Notes under the pieces: model-generated | Databases searched by the model: none | The model's input: only the letters and a program-made list of their open reading frames with translations | Told to the model about the DNA's origin: nothing | Origin: Patescibacteria group bacterium | Lineage (GTDB): Bacteria; Patescibacteriota; Patescibacteriia; Veblenbacterales; UBA10138 | DNA: 60,040 nt | Reading direction: 5' to 3' | NCBI GenBank assembly: GCA_041648575.1 | Contig: JBAZOT010000007.1 | Coordinates: forward strand, 1 to 60,040 | In this document: in pieces, positions 52,117 to 60,040 of the stretch | How the letters are laid out: each line of letters starts with the position of its first letter | How positions within the stretch are numbered: the first letter of the stretch is position 1 | Made by a program: the position numbers and the translations under genes

Positions 52117-54582
52117 ATGCCGTCGGAAAAAGATAATAAGATAATCCCCGAACATAAAGTAATCCTTCAACCAATTGTCGAGGAAATGCGAGAATCGTAT
52201 TTAGATTATGCCATGTCGGTTATTGTGGCACGCGCTTTGCCTGATGTTCGTGACGGTTTAAAACCGGTACACCGCCGCATTCTTTATGCCATGTGGACCA
52301 TTGGTTTAAGGCCAAGTGCTAAATTCAGAAAATCCGCTACTGTGGTCGGAGAAGTTTTGGGTAAATATCACCCCCACGGCGATGTGGCAGTTTATGATTC
52401 TTTAGTGCGCCTGGCTCAATCATTTGCCATGCGCGCGCCATTGATTTGGGGCCAAGGAAACTTTGGCTCGATAGATGGAGATTCAGCTGCAGCCATGCGT
52501 TATACCGAAGCCAAATTAACACCCATTGCCGAAGAACTACTGCTAGATTTAGATAAAGATACAGTAGATTTCATTCCCAATTACGATAACAGCCAGCAAG
52601 AACCAAAAGTTTTACCAGCTAAACTTCCCAATCTTTTACTCAACGGCTCTATGGGTATTGCGGTTGGTATGGCCACTTCAATTCCGCCGCATAACTTAGG
52701 CGAGCTAATCGACGCCATTGTACATATTATTGATAATCAAGATGCCGACGTTGACGACTTGATGCAATTTGTTAAAGGTCCGGATTTTCCCACCGCTGGT
52801 ATTATTTTTAATAAAGAAGGTATTAAACAGGCTTATGCCACCGGCAAGGGCTCGGTAGTAATGCGCGCCCGGGCTGAAATTACCGAAGGAAAAAATGGTT
52901 TCCAAATCGTAGTAACTGAACTACCTTATCAAGTAAATAAGGCTAACTTAATCATACACATTGCCGAACTGGTTAAAGATAAAAAAATTGAGGGCATTCG
53001 CGATCTTCGAGATGAATCAGATAAAGACGGAATCCGAGTGGTAGTTGAATTAAAAAAAGACGCCTATCCCAAAAAAGTTCTTAACCAGCTTTATAAACTA
53101 ACCCAACTCCAAGATTCTTTTCATTTGAACATGCTGGCCTTGGTAGATGGCATTCAGCCACGTGTCTTAACCTTAAAAGCTGCGCTAGAAGCTTATATTA
53201 AACACCGTCAAGAAGTAATCACTCGCCGCACGACTTTTGAGTTTAATCGGGCTCGTGATCGGGCGCATATTTTAGAAGGCTTGGTAATGGCATTGGAAGA
53301 TATTGATAGAATCATCAGCACGATTAAAAAATCGCGCGACCGTGATGACGCCAAGATTAATTTAATTAAACGTTTCAAATTATCCGAACGCCAGGCTATC
53401 GCGATTTTAGAAATGAAGCTGCAGCAGTTGGCTAATTTAGAGCAGCTCAAAGTAGAAGAAGAGTTAAAAGAAAAAAGAAAGTTAATTAAAGAACTAAAAG
53501 ATATTTTAGATCATCCTAAAAAAATATTAGACATTATTAAAACTGAACTGGCAGAAATCAAAGCCAAGCATGCCAAACCCCGCCTAACCCAAGTTATGGC
53601 CGGCGCGGTTGATACATTTACTCAAGAAGATCTAATTCCCAATGAAGCAACTGTAGTATTGATTACTAAAGATGGTTATATTAAGCGCATTCCACCCACT
53701 ACTTTTAAAACCCAAGGCCGTGGTGGCAAGGGAGTAATTGGTTTAACCACTAAAGAAGAAGACATAGTGGAACATTTATTCTCCACTACCACGCATGCCG
53801 ATTTAATGTTCTTTACTTCCCGGGGGAGAATTTTTGAGCTTAAAGCTTATGAAGTGCCACCATCATCGCGCACTGCCAAGGGTCAAGCGATAGTAAACTT
53901 TTTACAGCTGGCACCTGGCGAAATAGTATCCGAGGTAATGGCTTTGTCTGATTGGGAAGGTTATAAATATCTAATCATGGTTACAGCCAAGGGGGTAATT
54001 AAAAAAGTGGATATTAATGCTTTTGATAATATCCGGCGCTCTGGTTTGATTGCTATAAAACTAAAAGAAGGCGACAGTTTGCGCTGGGTTAAATCATCAA
54101 CTGGTAATGATGATATAGTACTGGTTACTGCTCGCGGCCAATCTATCCGCTTTAAAGAAAAAGGTGTCAGGCCAATGGGTCGCACTGCGGCAGGTGTTAG
54201 GGGTATTAGAATTAAAGGTGTTGATGAAATAACTGGTATGGATTTAGTAAATGAAGGCAAGCCTTCACCCGAAGAACAGCTGTTAATTGTTACCTCTAAT
54301 GGTTATGGTAAACGCACTAATTTGAAAGAATATAAAATACAAGGCCGCGGTGGTAGCGGCGTTAAAACTGCCAACATCACAGATAAAACCGGGCCAGTGG
54401 TTAATGCCTTTGTGGTAAATGCCAAACGCGAAGCTGAAGATTTAGTAATTATGTCAGAAAAAGGCCAAGTGATCCGCTTGCGATTAAAAAGCGTTTCCGT
54501 CCTCGGCCGCGCTACTCAAGGAGTAAGATTGATGAGGTTTAAGGAAACTAGTGATAAAGTAGCTTCAGTTACTTTTGTGTAA
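52117..54582 (+). CDS. gyrA: DNA gyrase subunit A
   Basis: [32 protein letters not shown] active-site Tyr context, C-terminal beta-pinwheel repeats. Confidence 0.97.
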   Translation: MPSEKDNKIIPEHKVILQPIVEEMRESYLDYAMSVIVARALPDVRDGLKPVHRRILYAMWTIGLRPSAKFRKSATVVGEVLGKYHPHGDVAVYDSLVRLAQSFAMRAPLIWGQGNFGSIDGDSAAAMRYTEAKLTPIAEELLLDLDKDTVDFIPNYDNSQQEPKVLPAKLPNLLLNGSMGIAVGMATSIPPHNLGELIDAIVHIIDNQDADVDDLMQFVKGPDFPTAGIIFNKEGIKQAYATGKGSVVMRARAEITEGKNGFQIVVTELPYQVNKANLIIHIAELVKDKKIEGIRDLRDESDKDGIRVVVELKKDAYPKKVLNQLYKLTQLQDSFHLNMLALVDGIQPRVLTLKAALEAYIKHRQEVITRRTTFEFNRARDRAHILEGLVMALEDIDRIISTIKKSRDRDDAKINLIKRFKLSERQAIAILEMKLQQLANLEQLKVEEELKEKRKLIKELKDILDHPKKILDIIKTELAEIKAKHAKPRLTQVMAGAVDTFTQEDLIPNEATVVLITKDGYIKRIPPTTFKTQGRGGKGVIGLTTKEEDIVEHLFSTTTHADLMFFTSRGRIFELKAYEVPPSSRTAKGQAIVNFLQLAPGEIVSEVMALSDWEGYKYLIMVTAKGVIKKVDINAFDNIRRSGLIAIKLKEGDSLRWVKSSTGNDDIVLVTARGQSIRFKEKGVRPMGRTAAGVRGIRIKGVDEITGMDLVNEGKPSPEEQLLIVTSNGYGKRTNLKEYKIQGRGGSGVKTANITDKTGPVVNAFVVNAKREAEDLVIMSEKGQVIRLRLKSVSVLGRATQGVRLMRFKETSDKVASVTFV

Positions 54583-54591
54583 TATTTTGTC

Positions 54592-54632
54592 AAAAAAAGA
54601 AAACCCCACCAATTGCATGGAAGGGTTTATTG
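54592..54632. terminator. Bidirectional terminator between gyrA and the convergent small gene
   Basis: AAAAAAAGAAAACCC-CACCAATTGCATGGAA-GGGTTTATT. Confidence 0.65.
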
Positions 54633-54652
54633 ACGTTAATCTCACAGAAGAT

Positions 54653-54865
54653 TTATTTCTTCATTTTTTTAGCTATATAAACAGCAACCAAATGACCAAG
54701 TAAGCTCGCTGGGATTGATATATACAGCGGTGACCAAAAAATAGCCGCACCAATTGCACCTCCTGGTAACCAATTAGCTTTTTTAGTCCCCACAAATAAC
54801 GCTGTTCCGAAATAAATTACAATTCCGAGTATAAATGTTATTAAAGCAGTTGATTCTATGTCCAT
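54653..54865 (-). CDS. Small 2-3 TM membrane protein
   Basis: 70 aa; AAGGAG SD upstream; ALITFILGIVIYFGTALFVG, GGAIGAAIFWSPLYISIPASLLGHLVAVYI. Confidence 0.55.
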   Translation of the reverse strand: MDIESTALITFILGIVIYFGTALFVGTKKANWLPGGAIGAAIFWSPLYISIPASLLGHLVAVYIAKKMKK

Positions 54866-54913
54866 AACAATCTCCTTTTACTTATATTTATGTTATTTTA
54901 ATTTTTATTAATT

Positions 54914-55056
54914 ATTTCCACTAATCTGGAGGTGAATGGCATACCTTTGTTCTTAAAAAGAACCAGTATACCGAAAGTAATGTTTAAGCAAGAACCTAGA
55001 TTACTCCAAGTCTAGCTTGAATCATTACTCCTCTCCCCTCCCAGGTTAGTGGAAAT
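54914..55056. ncRNA. Candidate approx. 143-nt structured RNA or regulatory element in the divergent spacer upstream of rpmF
   Basis: Closing helix ATTTCCACTAATCTGGAGG (54914-54932) / CCTCCCAGGTTAGTGGAAAT (55037-55056). Internal hairpins GTTCTT-AAA-AAGAAC and CTAGA-10 nt-TCTAG, plus AGTAATG/CATTACT and AAGC/GCTT pairings. Confidence 0.4.
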
Positions 55057-55119
55057 AACTACGACTTTTGCATTGTTAAAGAACATTTAAATATAGGTCA
55101 TTTTGATTTTTTTGTCAAG

Positions 55120-55139
55120 CCTGCCTGCCGGCAGGCAGG
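55120..55139. repeat. Perfect 20-nt GC-rich palindrome
   Basis: CCTGCCTGCC|GGCAGGCAGG. Confidence 0.85.
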
Positions 55140-55257
55140 GGTTGTGGAACACACTCCAAATTTTGGCTAAGGCAATATGGTTCCACGATTAGTGCTTTTA
55201 TTAATAGTACCTCCACAATAAATGCACTTAATATAGCAACCAAAGATAATTGATAAC

Positions 55258-55285
55258 TTGCCAAAAACTATTAATTCGTTATAAT
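55258..55285 (+). promoter_or_regulatory. Sigma70-like promoter of the rpmF-nusB-rnc-smc cluster
   Basis: TTGCCA (55258-55263), 16-nt spacer, TATAAT (55280-55285). Confidence 0.6.
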
Positions 55286-55324
55286 CTGATAATACTATTA
55301 ACTATTTACTTATAACTTAACTAT

Positions 55325-55555
55325 ATGGGTTTACCTGGTCATAGACGAACATCTTCTCATAAAAGGCGCCGCGCCTCTCATTTTGCTTTAGTCAAAGTAC
55401 ATTTAACCAAATGCTCTCATTGCCACAAGCCAATTAGACCTCATTTGGCATGCGCCAATTGCGGTTATTATCGCGGCCGATTGGTATTAAAAATTAAATC
55501 CAAAACCAAGCCGGGTGCTAAAAAAGAAGTCAAAGAAAAGGAGACTAAAGAATAA
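55325..55555 (+). CDS. rpmF: 50S ribosomal protein L32 with a Lys-rich C-terminal tail
   Basis: [38 protein letters not shown] zinc ribbon. Confidence 0.88.
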   Translation: MGLPGHRRTSSHKRRRASHFALVKVHLTKCSHCHKPIRPHLACANCGYYRGRLVLKIKSKTKPGAKKEVKEKETKE

Positions 55556-56034
55556 TGTCTAATCGACACTTGGCTAGAACAGTTATTTTACAGTCGCTGT
55601 TTCAATGGGATTTTTTAGGACAACAAGGCGAGTTAGAAAAAATCATTGATAAAAATATTGCCGAACTGGCTCCTGGGTTAAAAGACGAGGGTTTTAGTGA
55701 GCGCATGGCTAAAGGTATTCTTAAACACCGCCAAGAAATAGACGACCTTATCGTCCGCTTGGCTCCGGAATGGCCCTTAGACCAAATTACCGCGGTGGAT
55801 AGAAATATTTTACGTTTAGGAATTTACGAATTAAAATTTAATAAGGAAATCCCTCCCAAGGTAGCCATTAACGAATCCATCGAACTAGCCAAAGCTTTTG
55901 GTTCTGATGCATCTAGTCGTTTTATCAATGGTGTTTTGGGATCGTTATATAAAGAATTAACCGAAGCTGGCGAAATTCCCATTGAAGACTTTAAACAGTT
56001 GGTTAACAAACCAACTGATGAAACCAAGACTTAA
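55555..56034 (+). CDS. nusB: Transcription antitermination factor NusB
   Basis: [17 protein letters not shown]..., [26 protein letters not shown]...FINGVLG. Confidence 0.9.
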   Translation: MSNRHLARTVILQSLFQWDFLGQQGELEKIIDKNIAELAPGLKDEGFSERMAKGILKHRQEIDDLIVRLAPEWPLDQITAVDRNILRLGIYELKFNKEIPPKVAINESIELAKAFGSDASSRFINGVLGSLYKELTEAGEIPIEDFKQLVNKPTDETKT

Positions 56035-56114
56035 TAATTAATTAGCGACGTTTGCGGAGGCGTGATGCGCAAATATTTTTGAGCATTATACCTCCCGAAC
56101 GACCTCCCTATAAG

Positions 56115-56807
56115 ATGAAAAATATTAATTTGCTAGAGAAAACTTTAGGTTGTACTTTCAACGACCATAATTTGCTAACCCAAGCTTTAGTTCACCGATC
56201 ATACTTAAATGAAAACCCTAGCTTCGGGCTACCCCACAATGAACGCCTCGAATTTTTAGGCGATGCCGTTTTAGAACTAATTGTTACTGAGTATTTATAC
56301 CGCAACTATCCTAATCCCGAAGGCGAATTAACCAACTGGCGCGCTGCTTTAGTTAATGCACACATACTTTCAGAAATTGCTATTGAATTAAATCTGAATG
56401 ATTTTTTATATTTATCACGCGGCGAAACCAAAGACGCCAATGGTAAAGCCCGACAGTATATACTGGCTAATGCTTTAGAAGCGGTAATTGGTGCAATTTT
56501 TCTAGACCAAGGGAATGCAGTGGCTGCTGAATTTATTAATAAATTTATTCTCACAAAACTGGAAACGATATTGAATGATCAGTTATATCTTGACCCGAAA
56601 AGTCGCTTTCAGGAAATTGCGCAAGAAAAAGCCGGGGTCACGCCACATTATCTAGTACTTAACGAATCAGGGCCTGATCATGCAAAAATTTTTAAAGTAG
56701 GGCTTTATTTGGCAGAAGAATTAATAGCTCAAGGAGAAGGATCGTCTAAACAAGAGGCCCAGGTAGACGCCGCGGAAAAAGGCTTAGCTTTAAAACAATG
56801 GGAGTAA
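56115..56807 (+). CDS. rnc: Ribonuclease III
   Basis: NERLEFLGDAVLELIVTEYLY signature, dsRBD (KSRFQEIAQE...GEGSSKQEAQVDAAEKGL); ATG at 56115 preferred over the TTG at 56052. Confidence 0.93.
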   Translation: MKNINLLEKTLGCTFNDHNLLTQALVHRSYLNENPSFGLPHNERLEFLGDAVLELIVTEYLYRNYPNPEGELTNWRAALVNAHILSEIAIELNLNDFLYLSRGETKDANGKARQYILANALEAVIGAIFLDQGNAVAAEFINKFILTKLETILNDQLYLDPKSRFQEIAQEKAGVTPHYLVLNESGPDHAKIFKVGLYLAEELIAQGEGSSKQEAQVDAAEKGLALKQWE

Positions 56808-56858
56808 ATATGAACCAAATATTTATTTAGCCACCGCTTGTTTGATGATTTATATATT

Positions 56859-59447
56859 ATGTATTTACAAAAAATAGACATTCAGGGTTTTAAATCATTT
56901 GCCCAAAAAACAACTTTGGAATTTAATCAAAAACTGACGGCTATTGTTGGGCCCAATGGTTCTGGTAAATCCAATGTGGCCGATGCTATTCGTTGGGTTT
57001 TGGGCGAACAATCATTAAAATTATTACGCGGTAAACATGCCGAGGATGTTATTTTTGCTGGTTCAGATAAAAAAACGCGCTCTGGTCTGGCTGAAGTAGT
57101 GATGTATCTGAATAATGAAGATGGCGGCGCACCTATTGATTATTCAGAAATTGTTATTACCCGCCGAGTTTACCGAGACGGGCAAAGCGAATATCTACTT
57201 AATAATCAAGCGGTAAGGTTAATTGATATTAATTTATTGTTAGCGCAGACAAATTTTGGCCAAAAAACCTATAGCGTTATTGGTCAAGGTATGATTGATA
57301 GTATTTTGCTATCTTCCCCGGCTGATCGCAAAGAATTTTTTGAAGAAGCCACGGGTATTAAGCAGTATCAAATAAAACGCGAGCAAGCAATTAATAAACT
57401 ATTATCTACTTACGACAACTTAGAACAGGCGGAACTAGTGCTACAAGAAATCACTCCCCGTTTAAGAGCTTTAACCCGCCAAGTAAAAAGATTGGAACAA
57501 CGCGAAGAATTAGAGCGCGAATTAACCGAATTACAAAAAGATTATTTTCGCTGGCGTTGGCATGAATTACAACAACAATACTTAAACTTGTCATCCCAGC
57601 ATAATGATATTAATCAACAGGTTAACGAGGCTAATAAGCAAGAAGAAAAATTAAGCGCTAATCTAAAAGGGTTAGAACAAGCTGAATTTTTGCCAGCTGC
57701 TTATTTACAATTAAAAAGACAATACGAACAAGAGCGTGACTTGCTGAATAAACTGTTAAAAGAACAGGTGCTAGCCTCGGCCCAGGATGAACTTAAACAT
57801 ATTCAAAAAGGAGAAGGTGAAATCGCCTGGCTAAAACGTCGCTTGATAGAAGTACAACACGAACTATCGGTTGAGCAAGCCACTTTAAATAACCTGAAAA
57901 AATCTAATGAACAATTAGCCAGCCATTTAGATAAAAGAAACCAAGAACAGGTAAAATTAATAACAGAAATCTCCAGAATGCAAAAACCTGAACTGGCACC
58001 TAAAGACTTACAACAAAAAATAGCTGAGCTAAGCCAACAATTTGATGATTGGTTTAATCAACTAAAACGTGCCGAATCACTATCAGAGCTTAAAACATTA
58101 ATTAATCAAGCTGATACCATTAGCCAAAAAATTCATAACCTGTCTCTAAATTATTCTGGCCAGATTAAATCTGCGAATTTAGAACAAATTTTAATTGCAC
58201 GGGATAAAATTATTAATGAAATTGCTACCTTAAAAGCAACTATTATCCAGCAAGCAGAAGCCATAACAAACATTAAACTGCGTCTGGAAAAACTCACCCA
58301 AGAACAAACCGCCTTAAACCAAGCGCTAACTGGCCACACCCAAATTGCCTCGGCCATAGAATTAGCCAAACAAATTAAAGAATCCGAGGTAAAAATTACC
58401 TTACTAGAAAAACAACTGGCGACTTTTCACGAATCAGCCGAAGCAAAAAAACAACAATTTTTCTCCTTACAAAATGAATTGCAGCAAGCTAGACAACAAC
58501 TTCACTCCCTAGAACAACAACAACATGAATTGGCATTATTATTAGCGAAAATTGAAACTAAAAAAGAAGATCTAGAAAGAGAAATGTCTCAAGAAATACC
58601 ACCTGAACTGGCCCAGGCGGTAAAGGAAACTGGTGGAGCTAAAATTATTAATGAGGGTGAGCTGGCGTTAGAAATTCAAAAAATAAAACGCCAACTAGAA
58701 GTAACTGGCGGTATTGAGCCAGAAGTTATTGCTGAATATCAGCATACCAAAGAACGCCATGATTTTTTAAACACCCAAAAAAATGATTTAACCAAAGCTA
58801 TTAATTCACTAGAAGAAGTGATTCACGATTTAGATCAAACCATTACCAAACAATTCGTCTCTAATTTTAAAGCCATTAATGAAAAATTTGTTAAATATTT
58901 CCAATTATTATTTGATGGCGGCAAAGCCCAATTACTATTACAGAAAATGGAAGAACCAAAAACCGAAGAAGAGTTAACAGAAGAAGAGGCGGAGGAAGCC
59001 GCAACAAAAAAAGATATTCGCCCAGAATCACAAGTTGCCAAAGAAAAATTTGTGCTTCAGGAAAAATTAAAAGCCAGTATGTTTTCGGGCGTAGAAATCC
59101 AAGCCACACCGCCAGGTAAAAAATTATCTTCTATTAACGCGCTTTCAGGTGGAGAAAAAGCCTTAACCTCAATTGCTTTGATTTGTTCAATTATCTCTCA
59201 CTTGCCATCTCCGTTTGTAGTATTAGATGAAGTTGACGCTGCATTAGATGAAGCTAATTCTGAACGCTTTGCTAGTATTCTGGATAATTTAGCTCAAAGC
59301 ACTCAATTTATCACCATTACCCACAATCGCGCTACTATGAAACAGGCGGCAATATTATACGGAGTAACTATGGGAGATGATGGTATTTCAAGACTATTAT
59401 CCGTAAAATTAGATCAAGCAAAAGAAATTATTAATAATCAAAAATAA
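56859..59447 (+). CDS. smc: SMC-family chromosome-segregation ATPase, short (862 aa) with no recognisable hinge
   Basis: MYLQKIDIQGFKSF, GPNGSGKSNVADAIRWVLGEQS, LSGGEKALTSIAL, VLDEVDAALD; ATG at 56859 preferred over the TTG at 56838. Confidence 0.9.
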   Translation: MYLQKIDIQGFKSFAQKTTLEFNQKLTAIVGPNGSGKSNVADAIRWVLGEQSLKLLRGKHAEDVIFAGSDKKTRSGLAEVVMYLNNEDGGAPIDYSEIVITRRVYRDGQSEYLLNNQAVRLIDINLLLAQTNFGQKTYSVIGQGMIDSILLSSPADRKEFFEEATGIKQYQIKREQAINKLLSTYDNLEQAELVLQEITPRLRALTRQVKRLEQREELERELTELQKDYFRWRWHELQQQYLNLSSQHNDINQQVNEANKQEEKLSANLKGLEQAEFLPAAYLQLKRQYEQERDLLNKLLKEQVLASAQDELKHIQKGEGEIAWLKRRLIEVQHELSVEQATLNNLKKSNEQLASHLDKRNQEQVKLITEISRMQKPELAPKDLQQKIAELSQQFDDWFNQLKRAESLSELKTLINQADTISQKIHNLSLNYSGQIKSANLEQILIARDKIINEIATLKATIIQQAEAITNIKLRLEKLTQEQTALNQALTGHTQIASAIELAKQIKESEVKITLLEKQLATFHESAEAKKQQFFSLQNELQQARQQLHSLEQQQHELALLLAKIETKKEDLEREMSQEIPPELAQAVKETGGAKIINEGELALEIQKIKRQLEVTGGIEPEVIAEYQHTKERHDFLNTQKNDLTKAINSLEEVIHDLDQTITKQFVSNFKAINEKFVKYFQLLFDGGKAQLLLQKMEEPKTEEELTEEEAEEAATKKDIRPESQVAKEKFVLQEKLKASMFSGVEIQATPPGKKLSSINALSGGEKALTSIALICSIISHLPSPFVVLDEVDAALDEANSERFASILDNLAQSTQFITITHNRATMKQAAILYGVTMGDDGISRLLSVKLDQAKEIINNQK

Positions 59448-59456
59448 ACCACCGTC

Positions 59457-59485
59457 TTGACCAATAATTCAATTTAAGTTATCAT
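59457..59485 (+). promoter_or_regulatory. Sigma70-like promoter of rpsP
   Basis: TTGACC (59457-59462), 17-nt spacer, TATCAT (59480-59485). Confidence 0.55.
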
Positions 59486-59522
59486 CATTTTACGTTTTAA
59501 TTAATCAATTATCATCAAAATC

Positions 59523-59960
59523 ATGGTTATTATTAGACTGGCAAGAATTGGTAAAAAGAAACAGGCTTTTTTTCGCTTAATTGTTTCTGAAAAATCCAAA
59601 GATACCAAAGGTACTTACCTAGAAGCTTTGGGCAGCCTTAATCCCCATACTGATCCGCCACAAGTTAATTTAAAAACAGATCGTATTAACTACTGGCTAG
59701 GCCAAGGTGCCGCCACCTCTGCTCGGGTACATAATCTTTTGATTGATCATAAAGTAATTAGTGGGGAAAAAGTTAAAGTTTGGAAAGCAAAAAAACGTCC
59801 GGTTGAAGAAGTAAAAAAAGAACCAACACCAGAAACAAAAACAGTTGCAAAAACTGAAGTAACAGAAGTTAAAACAGCAAGTCAACCGTTGCCAGCAACA
59901 GCCGAGGCACAGCCAAAAGAGGAATCTCAAAAAATTAAAAGGCTGGATTCAACCCTCTAA
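59523..59960 (+). CDS. rpsP: 30S ribosomal protein S16 with a Lys/Glu/Thr-rich C-terminal extension
   Basis: MVIIRLARIGKKKQAFFRLIVSEKSKDTKGTYLEALGSLNP...NYWLGQGA. Confidence 0.9.
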   Translation: MVIIRLARIGKKKQAFFRLIVSEKSKDTKGTYLEALGSLNPHTDPPQVNLKTDRINYWLGQGAATSARVHNLLIDHKVISGEKVKVWKAKKRPVEEVKKEPTPETKTVAKTEVTEVKTASQPLPATAEAQPKEESQKIKRLDSTL

Positions 59961-60040
59961 CGCAAAAACTTGTTAATTAATAATTGGGAAAATACTTCAT
60001 CCGGTTTTAAGAATTTAAGAGTTTTTCTAGGTCTGTCATT
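59957..60040 (-). CDS. Possible C-terminal fragment of a convergent gene entering from beyond the window
   Basis: The minus-strand frame is open from the window edge: NDRPRKTLKFLKPDEVFSQLLINKFLR*. Only 27 codons are visible. Confidence 0.25.
   Translation of the reverse strand, partial: NDRPRKTLKFLKPDEVFSQLLINKFLR

Noticed and set aside
51190-56858. Long N-terminal extensions from TTG or upstream starts in the ORF track (51190, 56052, 56838; also 6487, 15693, 30851, 36465, 43414 and 47123)
   Set aside because: In each case an internal ATG matches the conserved family N-terminus, or avoids overlap with an upstream stop, an operator or a promoter. The shorter start coordinate is used in the features, with the track alternative noted there.
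1-60040. CRISPR arrays, rRNA genes, prophage or transposase genes
   Set aside because: No regularly spaced direct repeats with unique spacers were seen. There are no rRNA-like GC-rich conserved blocks, and no integrase, transposase, capsid or terminase-like ORFs among the translated frames.

Overview
This is a compact, AT-rich bacterial chromosomal segment. GC content was judged by eye, not computed. Gene content and style point to a Candidate Phyla Radiation / Patescibacteria (Parcubacteria-like) genome, which is an inference: a short SMC, an orphan TrpB-like gene, FemAB, VanW, an O-antigen-ligase/TPR fusion, a large HTH-TM surface protein, a lone PilB-type ATPase, and ribosomal proteins with tails.

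The core genes I recognise are ruvA, ruvB, uvrB, polA, holA, gyrA, smc, ftsH, valS, tsaD, tsaE, rpsA, rpsT, rpmF, rpsP, nusB, rnc and htrA. There are three intact tRNAs: Arg-CCG, Cys-GCA and Glu-UUC. I saw no rRNA genes and no CRISPR array. One long minus-strand CDS (1..2810) is missing from the ORF track because it runs off the window edge.

The parts most worth a second look:
- **Cassette locus (15.6-19.2 kb).** A tandem locus headed by a TrmB-family regulator. Near-identical promoter, hairpin, peptide and terminator flanks surround unrelated ORFs, and a conserved 36-aa hydrophobic peptide gene occurs twice.
- **Split tRNA.** A tRNA-Cys-like gene is split by an insertion that carries a GIY-YIG nuclease ORF and an intact tRNA-Cys, bounded by ~40-nt direct repeats.
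- **5-prime remnants.** Short remnants of polA and uvrB sit upstream of the intact genes and differ from them mostly at synonymous sites.
- **Toxin-antitoxin mini-island.** An HTH + Doc pair lies next to tRNA-Glu between direct repeats.
- **ValRS insertion.** About 120 aa of ASCH/PUA-like sequence is inserted inside the ValRS zinc knuckle.
- **Smaller signals.** Heptad-phased stop-codon arrays, several GC-rich structured intergenic elements, and an SMC with no recognisable hinge.

All coordinates and motifs were read by eye from the sequence. No database search was run.
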